Below are positions 49,744-58,980 of a stretch of DNA of 64,000 bases, in pieces. A program made the translations under genes and the position numbers. Source of the DNA: Dehalococcoidia bacterium. Lineage in GTDB: Bacteria > Chloroflexota > Dehalococcoidia > UBA2979. Position 1 is the stretch's first letter, and each line of letters begins with the position of its first letter. The DNA lies in NCBI GenBank assembly GCA_964291495.2, contig OZ219871.1:768001-832000 (forward strand), read 5' to 3'. A model generated the notes under the pieces. The model worked only from the letters and a program-made list of their open reading frames with translations. It was not told the DNA's origin and ran no database searches.

Positions 49744-50241
49744 TCAGAAGAGGCCGCGGTCCTTGAGGCTGACGGCGCTGCCCGGCCCGCCGATCACGAC
49801 GTGGTCGAGGAGGGTGACGCCGAGCAGCTTCGCCGCCTCGGCGAGGTCCTTCGTGACCCTGATGTCATCGGGACTGGGCGTTGGGTCACCCGACGGGTGG
49901 TTGTGGGCCACGATGATGTTGGGGGCGGCGACCACCACCGCCGGGCGCAGCACCTCGGCCGGCCTGACGACGCTGGAATAGGCGTTGCCCTGGTAGATCA
50001 CCCGCTGCCCCACGACGCGGTTCTTGCGGTCCAGCAGCAGCACCCGCACCTGCTCCTGCGCGAGCGCTCCCATCTCCGGCCCCAGCAGCCGCTGCACGGC
50101 CTGCGGGGAGCAGAGGGCGGGGGCGTCGGGGTCGCGCTCCGGGAGCGTCTCGACCTCGTAGCGCACCGCCAGCTCGCCGAGGACGTGCAGGTTCTGGCGC
50201 AGGGCCTCCAGCACGGCGTCGGCGTGCCCCGGGGCGCTCAC
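49744..50241 (-). CDS. radC: RadC-like JAB domain protein
   Basis: QEQVRVLLLD, AHNHPSGDPTPSPDD, LLDHVVIG. Start reassigned to GTG 50241. Confidence 0.92.
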   Translation of the reverse strand: MSAPGHADAVLEALRQNLHVLGELAVRYEVETLPERDPDAPALCSPQAVQRLLGPEMGALAQEQVRVLLLDRKNRVVGQRVIYQGNAYSSVVRPAEVLRPAVVVAAPNIIVAHNHPSGDPTPSPDDIRVTKDLAEAAKLLGVTLLDHVVIGGPGSAVSLKDRGLF

Positions 50242-50774
50242 GCCGCCACCTCCACGGGGATCGCCTGCCCCAGCGGGCAGATGCAGTCCTCGTGGTCGGG
50301 TGAGTGCTCGTCGTCGCAGTCGAGGCAGTTGCCGCAGTTGCTGCAGGCCACGCGCTGGTGGGCGGCATCGCGGGCATGCCGCCGCGCGACCGTCGCCTCC
50401 CAGCAGCAGTTGCGCTCGCAGTTGTCGCCGTGGTCGTCCTCGGAGACCACGCCGTCCCGCTCGCACTCGCGGCAGTGGGTGCCCCCGGGGATGACGGGGT
50501 AGCCGCAGCCCGCGCAGTCCCCGCCGTACTCGCCATGCGCCTCGAGCTCGCGCCGCACGATCGCCGTGGCGAGGGGGTTGCCGCCGGGTCCATCGGACTC
50601 GGCGACGTAGTGCCAGGCCCACCTCGCCCCGAGGTCGGCCCAGTCGTTCGTGCGGTAGGACCAGCGGTCGCAGGTGCAGTGGCCGTTGAAGGGCTCGTCG
50701 CCCTCCAGCAGGGTCATGACCAGCGTGTGCGCGCTCCAGGTCGGGAGTGCGTCGCGTTCGGTGTTGGTCGCCAT
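50238..50774 (-). CDS. Cys/His-rich, multi-Zn-finger hypothetical protein
   Basis: HCTC..H, CAGC..CREC, CERNCC, CSNCGNCLDC, HEDCIC; AAGGAG RBS. Confidence 0.75.
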   Translation of the reverse strand: MATNTERDALPTWSAHTLVMTLLEGDEPFNGHCTCDRWSYRTNDWADLGARWAWHYVAESDGPGGNPLATAIVRRELEAHGEYGGDCAGCGYPVIPGGTHCRECERDGVVSEDDHGDNCERNCCWEATVARRHARDAAHQRVACSNCGNCLDCDDEHSPDHEDCICPLGQAIPVEVAA

Positions 50775-50817
50775 CTTCGGTTCTCCTTCGTGGTCTTGCC
50801 GTTCGGGTGGAACGAGA

Positions 50818-50848
50818 GCGGGGCCGCCCCCGTGAGGGAGCGGCCCCG
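50818..50848. repeat. GC hairpin motif repeated in ICE backbone intergenic regions (also 51376-51402, 52265-52291, 53995-54022)
   Basis: GCGGGGCCGCCCC-loop-GG(G)A(G)CGGCCCC. Confidence 0.75.
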
Positions 50849-50891
50849 TTGTGCGCCCGCGCTCAGGCGGGCGGCGTGTTGCGTGCCGTGG

Positions 50892-51296
50892 CTAGAAGGG
50901 CTGGTCGTCCGCGACCCCGGCGGCGGCCGCCTCGCGGCTGCCGTTGCCGTTGGAGCGGCCGTTGCCGCCGTTGCCGTTCGAGTCGAGGAAGATGATCTCC
51001 TGCGCGTGCACCTCGGTGCGGTAGACGCGCTCGCCGTCCTCGCGCTCGTAGCTGTTCTGCGCTAGCGAGCCCGCGACGAACACCCTGTTGCCCTTCTGGA
51101 CGTACTCGGAGACGGCCTCGGCGAGCTTTCCCCAGCAGACGACGTTGTGCCAGTCGGCCTCGGTCTCGCCGTTCTGGCGGCGACGGTCGGTCGCCAGCCT
51201 GAGCTGGCAGACGGCGGTGCCGTTCTGGCTGTACTTGAGGTCCGGCTCGACGCCGACCCGGCCCAGCAGCTCGACGCGGTTCATGGTGCGTGACAT
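50892..51296 (-). CDS. ssb: Single-stranded DNA-binding protein
   Basis: MNRVELLGRVG, WHNVVCWGKLAE, KGNRVFVAG, acidic tail DDQPF. Confidence 0.95.
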   Translation of the reverse strand: MSRTMNRVELLGRVGVEPDLKYSQNGTAVCQLRLATDRRRQNGETEADWHNVVCWGKLAEAVSEYVQKGNRVFVAGSLAQNSYEREDGERVYRTEVHAQEIIFLDSNGNGGNGRSNGNGSREAAAAGVADDQPF

Positions 51297-51494
51297 TTCA
51301 AATCTCCTTCTTGTGGTAGTGGTTGGTGTCACTTGTGGGGGTAGCGGTGAGACCGCCACCCGGGCGTAGACGACTGCGGGGCCGCCCCGGAGGACGGCCC
51401 CGTTCGCGCTCCCCCTCGGGGAGCGGCTCTTCAAGCCTGGGTCTGATGCTGCGCTCGATAGGCGCCTCCTTCCTTCGGTGGATTGCCGGGCCGC

Positions 51495-52226
51495 TCAGGC
51501 GGCCTGCGGCGTTTCCGTCAGGCCGTCCTCCCGCAGCTTGCGGGCGGCGGCCTCGACCAGCGGGGTGAGGGTCGCGGCGGGCAGCTCGTCGAGGTCGCGG
51601 CCGGTGCGCTCGCGCACGGCCGACCGCACCTTCGCCTCGTCGAAGCCGCGGCGCGCGCTCAGGTCGATGAGCGTCGTCCGCAGCGAGGGCGCGAGGTCGC
51701 CCGCCGCGCCGTCGCCGTAAAGCCCGTTGCCGAACTGGTCGCCGTAGCTCCTGAGCGCCCGCTTGAGCGCGTCCGTCACCGCTCCTTTCCAGGCGGTCTC
51801 GTGGCCCTCGACGGTCTCCTCGGCGACGGCCTGGAAGCCCGTGTCGGTGCGCGGCTGCGAGCCGGGGACGGTGACCCGCACGGTGGCGGCGTAGGCCCGC
51901 CAGGGCTTCGCCTCCCCCGTCTCCTGGTCGACGCTCTCGCCCTCGCGGAGGACGACCTCGCCGACGAGGTCGTATCCCCAGCCGCCGTAGCCGAAGACGC
52001 GGTTGGCCTGCTCGATGGCCGTGCGGCCCTCGAGGTAGGCGAAGCTGCGGCCCTTGCGCCCCCGGCGGTGCGAGACGAGCCCCTCGTCGAGGGGGTCGGC
52101 CAGCTTCGTGGTGACGGCGGGCGGGAGGCTCTCCCACATCAGGTCGGGCTCGCGGATCGGCTCGGAGTGGGCGCCGTTGGCGCTCGCCCCGTTCCGGCGG
52201 CCGTTGAGGGTGGTGGTCTCTGCCAT
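51495..52226 (-). CDS. Rad52/Rad22-family single-strand annealing protein
   Basis: AYLEG..AIEQANRVFGYGGW, KGAVTDALKRALRSYGDQFGNGLY. Start ATG 52226 with AAGGAG RBS. Confidence 0.9.
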   Translation of the reverse strand: MAETTTLNGRRNGASANGAHSEPIREPDLMWESLPPAVTTKLADPLDEGLVSHRRGRKGRSFAYLEGRTAIEQANRVFGYGGWGYDLVGEVVLREGESVDQETGEAKPWRAYAATVRVTVPGSQPRTDTGFQAVAEETVEGHETAWKGAVTDALKRALRSYGDQFGNGLYGDGAAGDLAPSLRTTLIDLSARRGFDEAKVRSAVRERTGRDLDELPAATLTPLVEAAARKLREDGLTETPQAA

Positions 52227-52425
52227 GTGTCTCTCCTTCGTGTGCATTGCCTCGGTGGACTGGTGCGGGCCGCCCCGCGCGGGGAGGCCCGTGCGCGGGG
52301 CGGAGCCCCGTCGGTCATGCGTCATCGCGCCTCCCCTCAGGTCGGCGGTTGATCGGCGGGCACGCGCAACCGGCCCGGCTCGAAACGAGCCGGGCTGTCG
52401 GTGCCTGCCGGGTGGGATGGGTGGG

Positions 52426-53472
52426 TCAGCGGGCGGCGCGGGCCGCCCGTTCGAGCAGGCGCAGGAAGGTCCCGCGCCCGTGTGGACTGGTGGCCAGGTC
52501 GGCCACGTCCGCGACGCCCTCGGGCAGCATGACGGCGGCGGCGCGGCGGCCCAGCAGGGAGCCCAGCGCCGCCGTGGCCTCGCGCCCGGCCTTGTCGTCG
52601 TCGAAGGCGAGGAAGACGCGGGGGCAGCCGCGCAGGGCGGCGGCCACGCGCTCCATCCCCTGTGTCCCCAGGGCGGCGCAGGCGGGGAGGCCCCACTCGC
52701 TGAGCAGGAGCCAGTCGAAGACGCCTTCCGCGACGACCGCCCACGGCGGCGCGGGGCCGAGTCGCCCGAGCCCGAGCACGGGCTTGGGGCCGGGCAGGGC
52801 CTGGAAGCGCGGCGAGCGCTCCGGGTCCGTGGCCCGCCCCGCCAGCCAGCGGACGCGGCCAGCGGCGATCTCGGGGACGGTGACCATGCCCGCGAAGCGC
52901 TCTCTACCGCGCTCCAGGAACAGCCCGCTCTCGCGGACCCGCCCGCTGGCGAAACCGGCGGAGGCGAGCGCCTCACGCAGCCCGCCCCCCGGTGCGTAGC
53001 CGAGGCCGAGCCGCAGAGCGGCGTCGATGCCGATGCCCCGCGAGGCGAGGTAGGCACGCGCCTCGCGGCTGCGGCGGAGTTGCCCGGCGTAGTGCCGCGC
53101 AGCCGCCTTCAGTAGCGCCGGGTCGGGCGGCGCAACCGCGAGGCGGTCGCGCCGCTCACGGGCCGAGTGGCGGACGGGGGCGGTGGTGGGAGGCGCGGCG
53201 TCGAGCCTGCGGATCGCCTCCGGCAGGCTCAGGTCTTCGATGCGCCGGATGAAGTCCAGCACATCTCCGCCCTCGCCGCAGCCGAAGCAGTACCACCGCT
53301 CGGTGTCGGCGTAGACCGTGAAGCTGCCCTCGGCCTCCTCGTGGAAGGGGCAGACGCCCTGGCGGACGCGGCCCCGGCCGCGCAGCCGCACGCCCGACGC
53401 CTCCACGACGTCGCCCAGCGGGTGGCGCTCCTTGAGCGCCGCGAGGTCCACCGTCGCGTGCGCGGCGGTCAC
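52426..53472 (-). CDS. DNA primase (CHC2 zinc finger + Toprim)
   Basis: CPFH..SF..WYCFGC, YLASRGI, VAEGVFD, AFDDDKAG, DVAD. Confidence 0.9.
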   Translation of the reverse strand: MTAAHATVDLAALKERHPLGDVVEASGVRLRGRGRVRQGVCPFHEEAEGSFTVYADTERWYCFGCGEGGDVLDFIRRIEDLSLPEAIRRLDAAPPTTAPVRHSARERRDRLAVAPPDPALLKAAARHYAGQLRRSREARAYLASRGIGIDAALRLGLGYAPGGGLREALASAGFASGRVRESGLFLERGRERFAGMVTVPEIAAGRVRWLAGRATDPERSPRFQALPGPKPVLGLGRLGPAPPWAVVAEGVFDWLLLSEWGLPACAALGTQGMERVAAALRGCPRVFLAFDDDKAGREATAALGSLLGRRAAAVMLPEGVADVADLATSPHGRGTFLRLLERAARAAR

Positions 53473-53936
53473 TGCGAGCCGCCCTTCGCGAGGGGCCGCA
53501 GGCCCCGCAGGCTGCGCCGCGAGACGAGTTTGCCCGGCTCCCAGCGCATCCCCAGGACGGCCAGCACTTCCAGCGCCCCGCCCGGGTGCGGGGCGAGGAC
53601 GGCGGCCCGCCCCGTGCCTGGGCTGTAGACCAGCGCCTCGCGTCCGGCGAAGCGTCTGCGCGCCACGTCGATCCACTCGGCGAAGGCCCAGCGCGTCTCG
53701 CGCTCCGTGGCCTGCTTGAACTCCGCGCCGGCGAGGACCGCCAGCGCGCCGTCGAGGTCGCCCAGTTGCCTCAGCCGCCGCGCCTCGTGGACGCTGGCGG
53801 CGACGCCCTGCCCGCGCTCCGGGGGTGCTCCGAGGAGCGCCTCGAAGACGCGGTCGACCAGTTCCTCGAGGCTGCGTCCGGGCGGGTCTCCCGCCGTCGC
53901 CGCAGCCGTGCTCATCGTCGTCGTTGCCATCGTCAT
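53469..53936 (-). CDS. Hypothetical protein
   Basis: AAGGAGG RBS before ATG 53936; GTGA overlap with the primase. Confidence 0.75.
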   Translation of the reverse strand: MTMATTTMSTAAATAGDPPGRSLEELVDRVFEALLGAPPERGQGVAASVHEARRLRQLGDLDGALAVLAGAEFKQATERETRWAFAEWIDVARRRFAGREALVYSPGTGRAAVLAPHPGGALEVLAVLGMRWEPGKLVSRRSLRGLRPLAKGGSQ

Positions 53937-54061
53937 CTCGTGCCTCCTTTTGGCGTTGTGTCGTGTCGGTGTCGTGCGCCCTCGCGGGCATGAAGCGGGG
54001 CCGCCCCCGGAGGGACGGCCCCATGTCTCGTGGTGGCCGGGCGGGCCGAGGCCCGCGGTCG

Positions 54062-54544
54062 TCAGGACCGGAACGCCCTCCTCGCCCTGCCGGGGAGGCC
54101 GGCGAGGAGCGCCGCGGCGACGCCGAGGGCGCCCACGTTCGCGGCGGCCGTCTCCAGGCCCTGACCGAGCAGCAGCGGCGCGGCCAGCAGCAGGGCGCCT
54201 CCCGCGACGAGCGCGAGCCCGCGTCCCGGCCACCGCCTGCGCGGAGCCCTGGCCGAGGTCTCTGCCACCGCCTCGTAGGCCGTCCAGATGGGCAGTCCGA
54301 CGACGCCCTCGAGGGCGGTCACGATATGGCCGCGCGTGCAGCCGCCGGTGTGACAGCGCACGTCGATGCCGTTGCCGTCGGGTCGCTGGCGGAACGCCAG
54401 CCCGCCGGGCTCGTCGCCCCCGTGGCAGATGGCGCTGCTCGTCCTGAACCAGCCCCGCTCGAAGCTCACTTCGTGCGGGACGAGGCTCGCGATGCGGCCC
54501 GCGCTCGGTCCCGTGTACCGCTGCGTGCCGGCGCGCATCTCCAT
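54062..54544 (-). CDS. Primase-type Zn-binding domain + C-terminal hydrophobic helices
   Basis: ICHGGD.PGGL...VRCHTGGC; two hydrophobic segments; GGGAG RBS. Confidence 0.65.
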   Translation of the reverse strand: MEMRAGTQRYTGPSAGRIASLVPHEVSFERGWFRTSSAICHGGDEPGGLAFRQRPDGNGIDVRCHTGGCTRGHIVTALEGVVGLPIWTAYEAVAETSARAPRRRWPGRGLALVAGGALLLAAPLLLGQGLETAAANVGALGVAAALLAGLPGRARRAFRS

Positions 54545-55262
54545 CGCGTCTCCCTGTGCTGCGTGCATTCCGTGACCTCCTTCGTCACTGCGTGCTCGTT
54601 GCTCGTGCTGGTGACCCGCGTCGGCATCCGGTGCACAGGTCATGGCTGGCTTGCTACTGGACTCACTCCGTCCACGGTTGGATGCCGAACCGGGGAAAGG
54701 GTGGCTGGGCCGCGCGCGTGCGAAGCGGCCGGCCTGCGAGTGACTCGCGAACCGGCTCGTCGTGAGGTGCGGCGGACGTGAGGAACCGGACGGGTGCGGG
54801 ACACACCTCGCCCAGGGACTCCGGGGTCGAGTTGCTGAACGCATCTCGCCCGCGGCATCCCGACCTTTGAAGCGGCGTCGGGGGAGCAATGCTCGACCCG
54901 TCCGTCACTTCCCGCGGCGGGAAGGCGGGTCTCCCTCACTGGCCGGCCGTCAGGAGAGCAGGGCTCGATCCGTTCCGGTCGTCCGGGTCCGGGATGGACC
55001 CTCCAGGTTCTATGGCGTGAAACCTGGCAAAGCCTGAAACCGATCCGAGTGTCGCCCACCGCCCGTGCCGAGGGAAGGGGTTTCGGGCCCCAGGGGCCAA
55101 AGTGTTCACTCCGGTTCAACAGGAATGCGACAACGCTTCGACTCTGGGCCTCTTGAGAGCCGCACACCGCGGTTGCGCTATCTCGGCGATGTCGGTCGAC
55201 GCGCAGATACTTCTCGGCGTAGAACGCGTGGGATGGCCAGTCACAGAAGCCGGGAGCGTGAG

Positions 55263-55883
55263 ATGTCAGCGCTGATCAAGCACCTGCAGGACTTCAACAG
55301 GAAGGAGCGCTTCATCCTCCTCCGCGAAGCGCTCGGCGCGGACACGTTCACGCTCGGTGACGACTTTCGTGAGCGCCTTCGAACGACGATAGACGTGGCG
55401 ATTCCCCCAGACGCCTTCGTCGCGATGGACTACCACCTCGACTGGCTGCAGATGGCCCTCTACTTCGCGGCCACACCTTCGCCGCCGTCCCCGATTCCGA
55501 ACGACGACCTGTTCATGGCCAACCCGGAAGACATCGACCTGCTCGTCGCGTTCGACGGCGATGACACGACGCACATCGTGCTGATCGAGGCGAAGATGGA
55601 GACCGGGTGGATTACCGAGCAACTCGACTCAAAGGCCCAGCGACTGGGGCGGATCTTCGGGGCTGGTCGGCCAGGTGCGGACTTGGCGACGCCTCATTTG
55701 GTGCTGGCGTCGCCGAAGAAGTCGGAGCGAGCCCTAGCCAGCGCGTGGCCTGAGTCGCTGGCCCGACGCGGTGCGCCTCGTTGGATGGTGTTGCCGCGAC
55801 CGCCTGGGCTTCAGAAGGTGACGCGATGTACCGTTGAGAAGAAGCAGTCCAAAGCGGGGCGTTACCTCAAGATTCACTCGTAG
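55263..55883 (+). CDS. Putative PD-(D/E)xK nuclease
   Basis: NPEDIDLLVAF...VLIEAK..TGW...QL; GGGAG RBS. Confidence 0.65.
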   Translation: MSALIKHLQDFNRKERFILLREALGADTFTLGDDFRERLRTTIDVAIPPDAFVAMDYHLDWLQMALYFAATPSPPSPIPNDDLFMANPEDIDLLVAFDGDDTTHIVLIEAKMETGWITEQLDSKAQRLGRIFGAGRPGADLATPHLVLASPKKSERALASAWPESLARRGAPRWMVLPRPPGLQKVTRCTVEKKQSKAGRYLKIHS

Positions 55884-55900
55884 CGTCCAGCGAGTGGGCG

Positions 55901-56647
55901 CTACTTCCTCCACAGCCCGATGGTGAGCACGCGGCGCACCCAGCGCCAGAACACCGCCCGTCTTCGCTCCGCCCGCGCGTCGGCCAGCGACTGCTGCCGA
56001 CGCCGTAGCTCGTCCCGGCGGTCGAAGCGATCCCAGGGGTACGCGGCCGGCGGCAGCGTCAGTTCGTGCTCCCCGATGAGCGCGAGTTCCAGCTCCCGCA
56101 TGCGCTGCCAGGCCGTGGCCCTCGTCACACGGTCCTTGCCCTCGACGTGCTCGACGCGTACCCGTCGCCACTCCGCGATGAGGGGCGTCGCCTCGCCGTA
56201 GACCAGCTCCTCGCCGACCTCCGGTTCCAGCGTCACGAGCTGAGGGTAGGCCCGCCGAGAACCTGTGGCTGCTGGCTGCTCCATGGGAACCGTCGGTGCC
56301 GCTGAGCCCGAACCGGGAAAGGGTCTGTCCGCGCCATGTAGCTCCGCTGCCAGCGCGTCCACGCGCTCCTCGAGGCCTCTGAACTGGCGCGCGAGTTCAG
56401 CGGTGTCCGCTCCCTGCCGGCTGGCCGACTCGCGGCTCTCGGACAGCAGGTGCAGCTCCAGTGCGTCGCGCATGCGTGCGGTGAGCCTGCCGGATGCCAG
56501 GGCTCTGCTCAGTGTCCGGGCGCTGACGCCCAGTAGCTCCGCCGTCTCCTGCCGGCCCCCGGTTCCGATGAGCTCGTGGAGCAGGGCCAGCAGCCTCTCG
56601 TCCCCCGCCTTCTCGTCGGTCCCGCCCGCTCCTTCTCCCTCGTTCAT
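55901..56647 (-). CDS. HTH + coiled-coil protein, candidate regulator of the element
   Basis: RQETAELLGVSARTLSRAL; divergent from the tra operon. Confidence 0.7.
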   Translation of the reverse strand: MNEGEGAGGTDEKAGDERLLALLHELIGTGGRQETAELLGVSARTLSRALASGRLTARMRDALELHLLSESRESASRQGADTAELARQFRGLEERVDALAAELHGADRPFPGSGSAAPTVPMEQPAATGSRRAYPQLVTLEPEVGEELVYGEATPLIAEWRRVRVEHVEGKDRVTRATAWQRMRELELALIGEHELTLPPAAYPWDRFDRRDELRRRQQSLADARAERRRAVFWRWVRRVLTIGLWRK

Positions 56648-56837
56648 GGCTGGGCCTGGACCGGCGTTCTGTCCCTTCCCGTGGAACGAGCCCTTAGGCC
56701 GAGGTGTTCACACGAGACATCCTGTAGGGGCGCTTTTCCCCTGTAGTGCCTTGTCCTCAGGGGCGGTGGCCAGACTGTCACCAACGTCGATCTCCTGTAC
56801 AGGCCAATGACATCACGGGCGGGGTCTCGCGGGTGAG

Positions 56838-56880
56838 GTCCCGCAGGGGACTACATCGGTGAAGTCCCCCTCGGGGGACT
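56838..56880. promoter_or_regulatory. Paired palindromes upstream of the tra operon
   Basis: GTCCCGCAGGGGACT (56838-56852) and AGTCCCCC-TC-GGGGGACT (56863-56880). Confidence 0.5.
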
Positions 56881-56952
56881 GCCCTTCGCCGTCCCTCCCA
56901 CGACACTCCGCGCTCCGAAGAACACCAGCTTCTTCTTCGCGCGGAGGCGTCC

Positions 56953-57576
56953 ATGAGGCGGCAACCAGGAACGACGACCGATAGGGCGAGGCGGCTGCGG
57001 ACGCTGGCGGCGGCCCTGCTGCTGGTGGCGCTCGCGGCCGTCCCGTCGAGCGGCACAGCCCTCGCCCAGGAGCCGCCCGACCCCTACTCGCCCATCGTCC
57101 TCGTCAATGAGGACGAGGAGTTCATCGAGCGCAAGAAGGACGGGCGCTTCATCGCCCGTCCCGTCTTCGACCGGGAGCTGCCCGCCGTCTACTACGGCGT
57201 GCGCGACGGCGACACGGGCGAGTGGATCGCGCCGATGTTCCGCGTGCGCGGCGGCGAGAAGGAGCGCCGCGACGGCTGGGAGTACAGCTTCGAGTACCCC
57301 TTCGAGGAGGGCCAGACGGAGCTCGACCCCGAGCGCCCCTACCTGCTCGTCATCCTCGGACGCAGCTGGGCGGTGGACACCCCGCAGGCCTTCTACGCGG
57401 TGATCCCCATCCACGAGCCGGGCGGCATCTGGAACAAGGTGCTGCGCGCGCTCGACCCCCCGCGCTGGGGCAGGGCCGCTGCCGGCTGGGTGATCGAGGG
57501 TGCGCACGGGACGCTCTGCGGCGTCGTCGAGCGCGCCGCCGGCTCGGACGCCGACGCCTGCGAGGCGACCCCGTGA
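56953..57576 (+). CDS. Secreted hypothetical protein, first gene of the tra operon
   Basis: GGAGG RBS, signal peptide ending ALA-Q, C-terminal Cys pair. Confidence 0.8.
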   Translation: MRRQPGTTTDRARRLRTLAAALLLVALAAVPSSGTALAQEPPDPYSPIVLVNEDEEFIERKKDGRFIARPVFDRELPAVYYGVRDGDTGEWIAPMFRVRGGEKERRDGWEYSFEYPFEEGQTELDPERPYLLVILGRSWAVDTPQAFYAVIPIHEPGGIWNKVLRALDPPRWGRAAAGWVIEGAHGTLCGVVERAAGSDADACEATP

Positions 57577-58556
57577 GTGACATCTTCACGGGCACGCCGG
57601 CCGGCCTCACCTACGACCACGAGATCGTGCGCCAGGCGTGGACGGCGGTCTGGATCATCGCCTCGGGCGCGCTCGTCGTGATCATCGGCTGGATGGGGCT
57701 GAGCCTCATCATGGGCGACCACCTCGGACGGGCGCAGGCGGGCTGGCGCGAGCTGGTGCCGCGGCTCGGCCTGGGGCTGGTGGCCGCCGCCTCCTCGCTC
57801 TGGTGGTGCGCGCTCGTCATCGACGTGGCCGACGCCGTCTCCGGCTTCATCGCCGTGGAGCTGGGCGTGACCGCCGGCGACATGCTGCGCTCGACACTCC
57901 AGACCCTGCTCACCGCCGTGGCGGTCGGCAGCGTGGGGATGGCCCTGCTGCTCGCGCTGCTCTACCTCATCTACGCCTTCTTCGTGCTCTACCTCGTCGT
58001 GCAGATGGTGCTGCGCCTGGCGCTGATCGACATCCTGCTGGCGCTGGCGCCGATCGCGCTCGGGCTCTGGATCCTCCCCCACACCGCGGGCTGGGGCCGG
58101 CACTGGCTGCGGCTCTTCATGACGACCGTCTTCCAGCAGGCGATCCAGCTCGTGGCGCTGGCGCTCGGCATCGGCTTCCTCAACGAGTACGCCGCGATCG
58201 GCGGCGCCGACGCCGTCCAGGACCTCGTCTGGAAGCTCCTGATGGCGCTGGCGTTCATCTACCTGGCGACGCGGGTGCCCTCGATGCTCGGCAACGCCGG
58301 CACCTTCGATGCCTGGCTGCACACCCTCTACTTCGGCATGTCCCTGCCCGGCTCGATGGTCCGCTCGGCGCGCTCCGTGGGGCTGCTGCTGGGCGGGGGA
58401 GCGGCGGGCGGACCGGTGGGTGCGGCAGTCGCCGCCGGCGCTGCCGGTGGCGTGGCCTCGGCGGCCACCTCCGGCCTGCGCTCGGCAGCGGAGCTGGCGA
58501 CCCCCTCGGGCGGCGGCGAAGCGGCCGGCGGCGCGCCGCGGAGCAGCAGCGAGTAG
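57573..58556 (+). CDS. VirB6/TrbL-like polytopic membrane protein
   Basis: Multiple TM segments; RLALIDILLALAPIAL..WILPHT.GW...W; Gly/Ala-rich tail. Confidence 0.8.
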   Translation: MSDIFTGTPAGLTYDHEIVRQAWTAVWIIASGALVVIIGWMGLSLIMGDHLGRAQAGWRELVPRLGLGLVAAASSLWWCALVIDVADAVSGFIAVELGVTAGDMLRSTLQTLLTAVAVGSVGMALLLALLYLIYAFFVLYLVVQMVLRLALIDILLALAPIALGLWILPHTAGWGRHWLRLFMTTVFQQAIQLVALALGIGFLNEYAAIGGADAVQDLVWKLLMALAFIYLATRVPSMLGNAGTFDAWLHTLYFGMSLPGSMVRSARSVGLLLGGGAAGGPVGAAVAAGAAGGVASAATSGLRSAAELATPSGGGEAAGGAPRSSSE

Positions 58557-58689
58557 CGACAAGCACGACGACAGCCGGGCGCGGTCAGCCCGCGCCCGTT
58601 CGGCGACGCGACGGAGGTGGGAGATGTGCCGGTAGGCGAACGGACCGAGGACCCGAGAGACCAACCACGACACGCAAGGAGCGAAACAC

Positions 58690-58971
58690 GTGGAAGACCT
58701 GACTCAGACCATCTCCAATCTGGTGGGCATCCTGCTCGGGGTCGTCGGCGCGATCGGCGTCGGCTTCTTCATCTACGGGGCCTACCTCTACCTCACCGCC
58801 TCGGGCGCGCCGCACCAGATGGAGCGGGGCAAGAGCGCGATGATGACCGCCCTCGCCGGCGTCGTGCTGGCGATGGTGGCCTTCGGCGTCGTCGAACTCG
58901 TGATGGACGCCGTGGTCGACCCGGTGGTCGACATCGACGACATCCCCGACCCCGAGACCACGGGCGGGTAG
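58690..58971 (+). CDS. VirB2/TrbC-like pilin
   Basis: Two TM segments around GAYLYLTASG.P.QMERGK; AAGGAG RBS. Confidence 0.82.
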   Translation: MEDLTQTISNLVGILLGVVGAIGVGFFIYGAYLYLTASGAPHQMERGKSAMMTALAGVVLAMVAFGVVELVMDAVVDPVVDIDDIPDPETTGG

Positions 58972-58980
58972 GGGCTCCCC

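Noticed and set aside
49744-54545. Prophage
   Set aside because: No capsid, terminase, tail or lysis genes; the adjacent T4SS explains the module.
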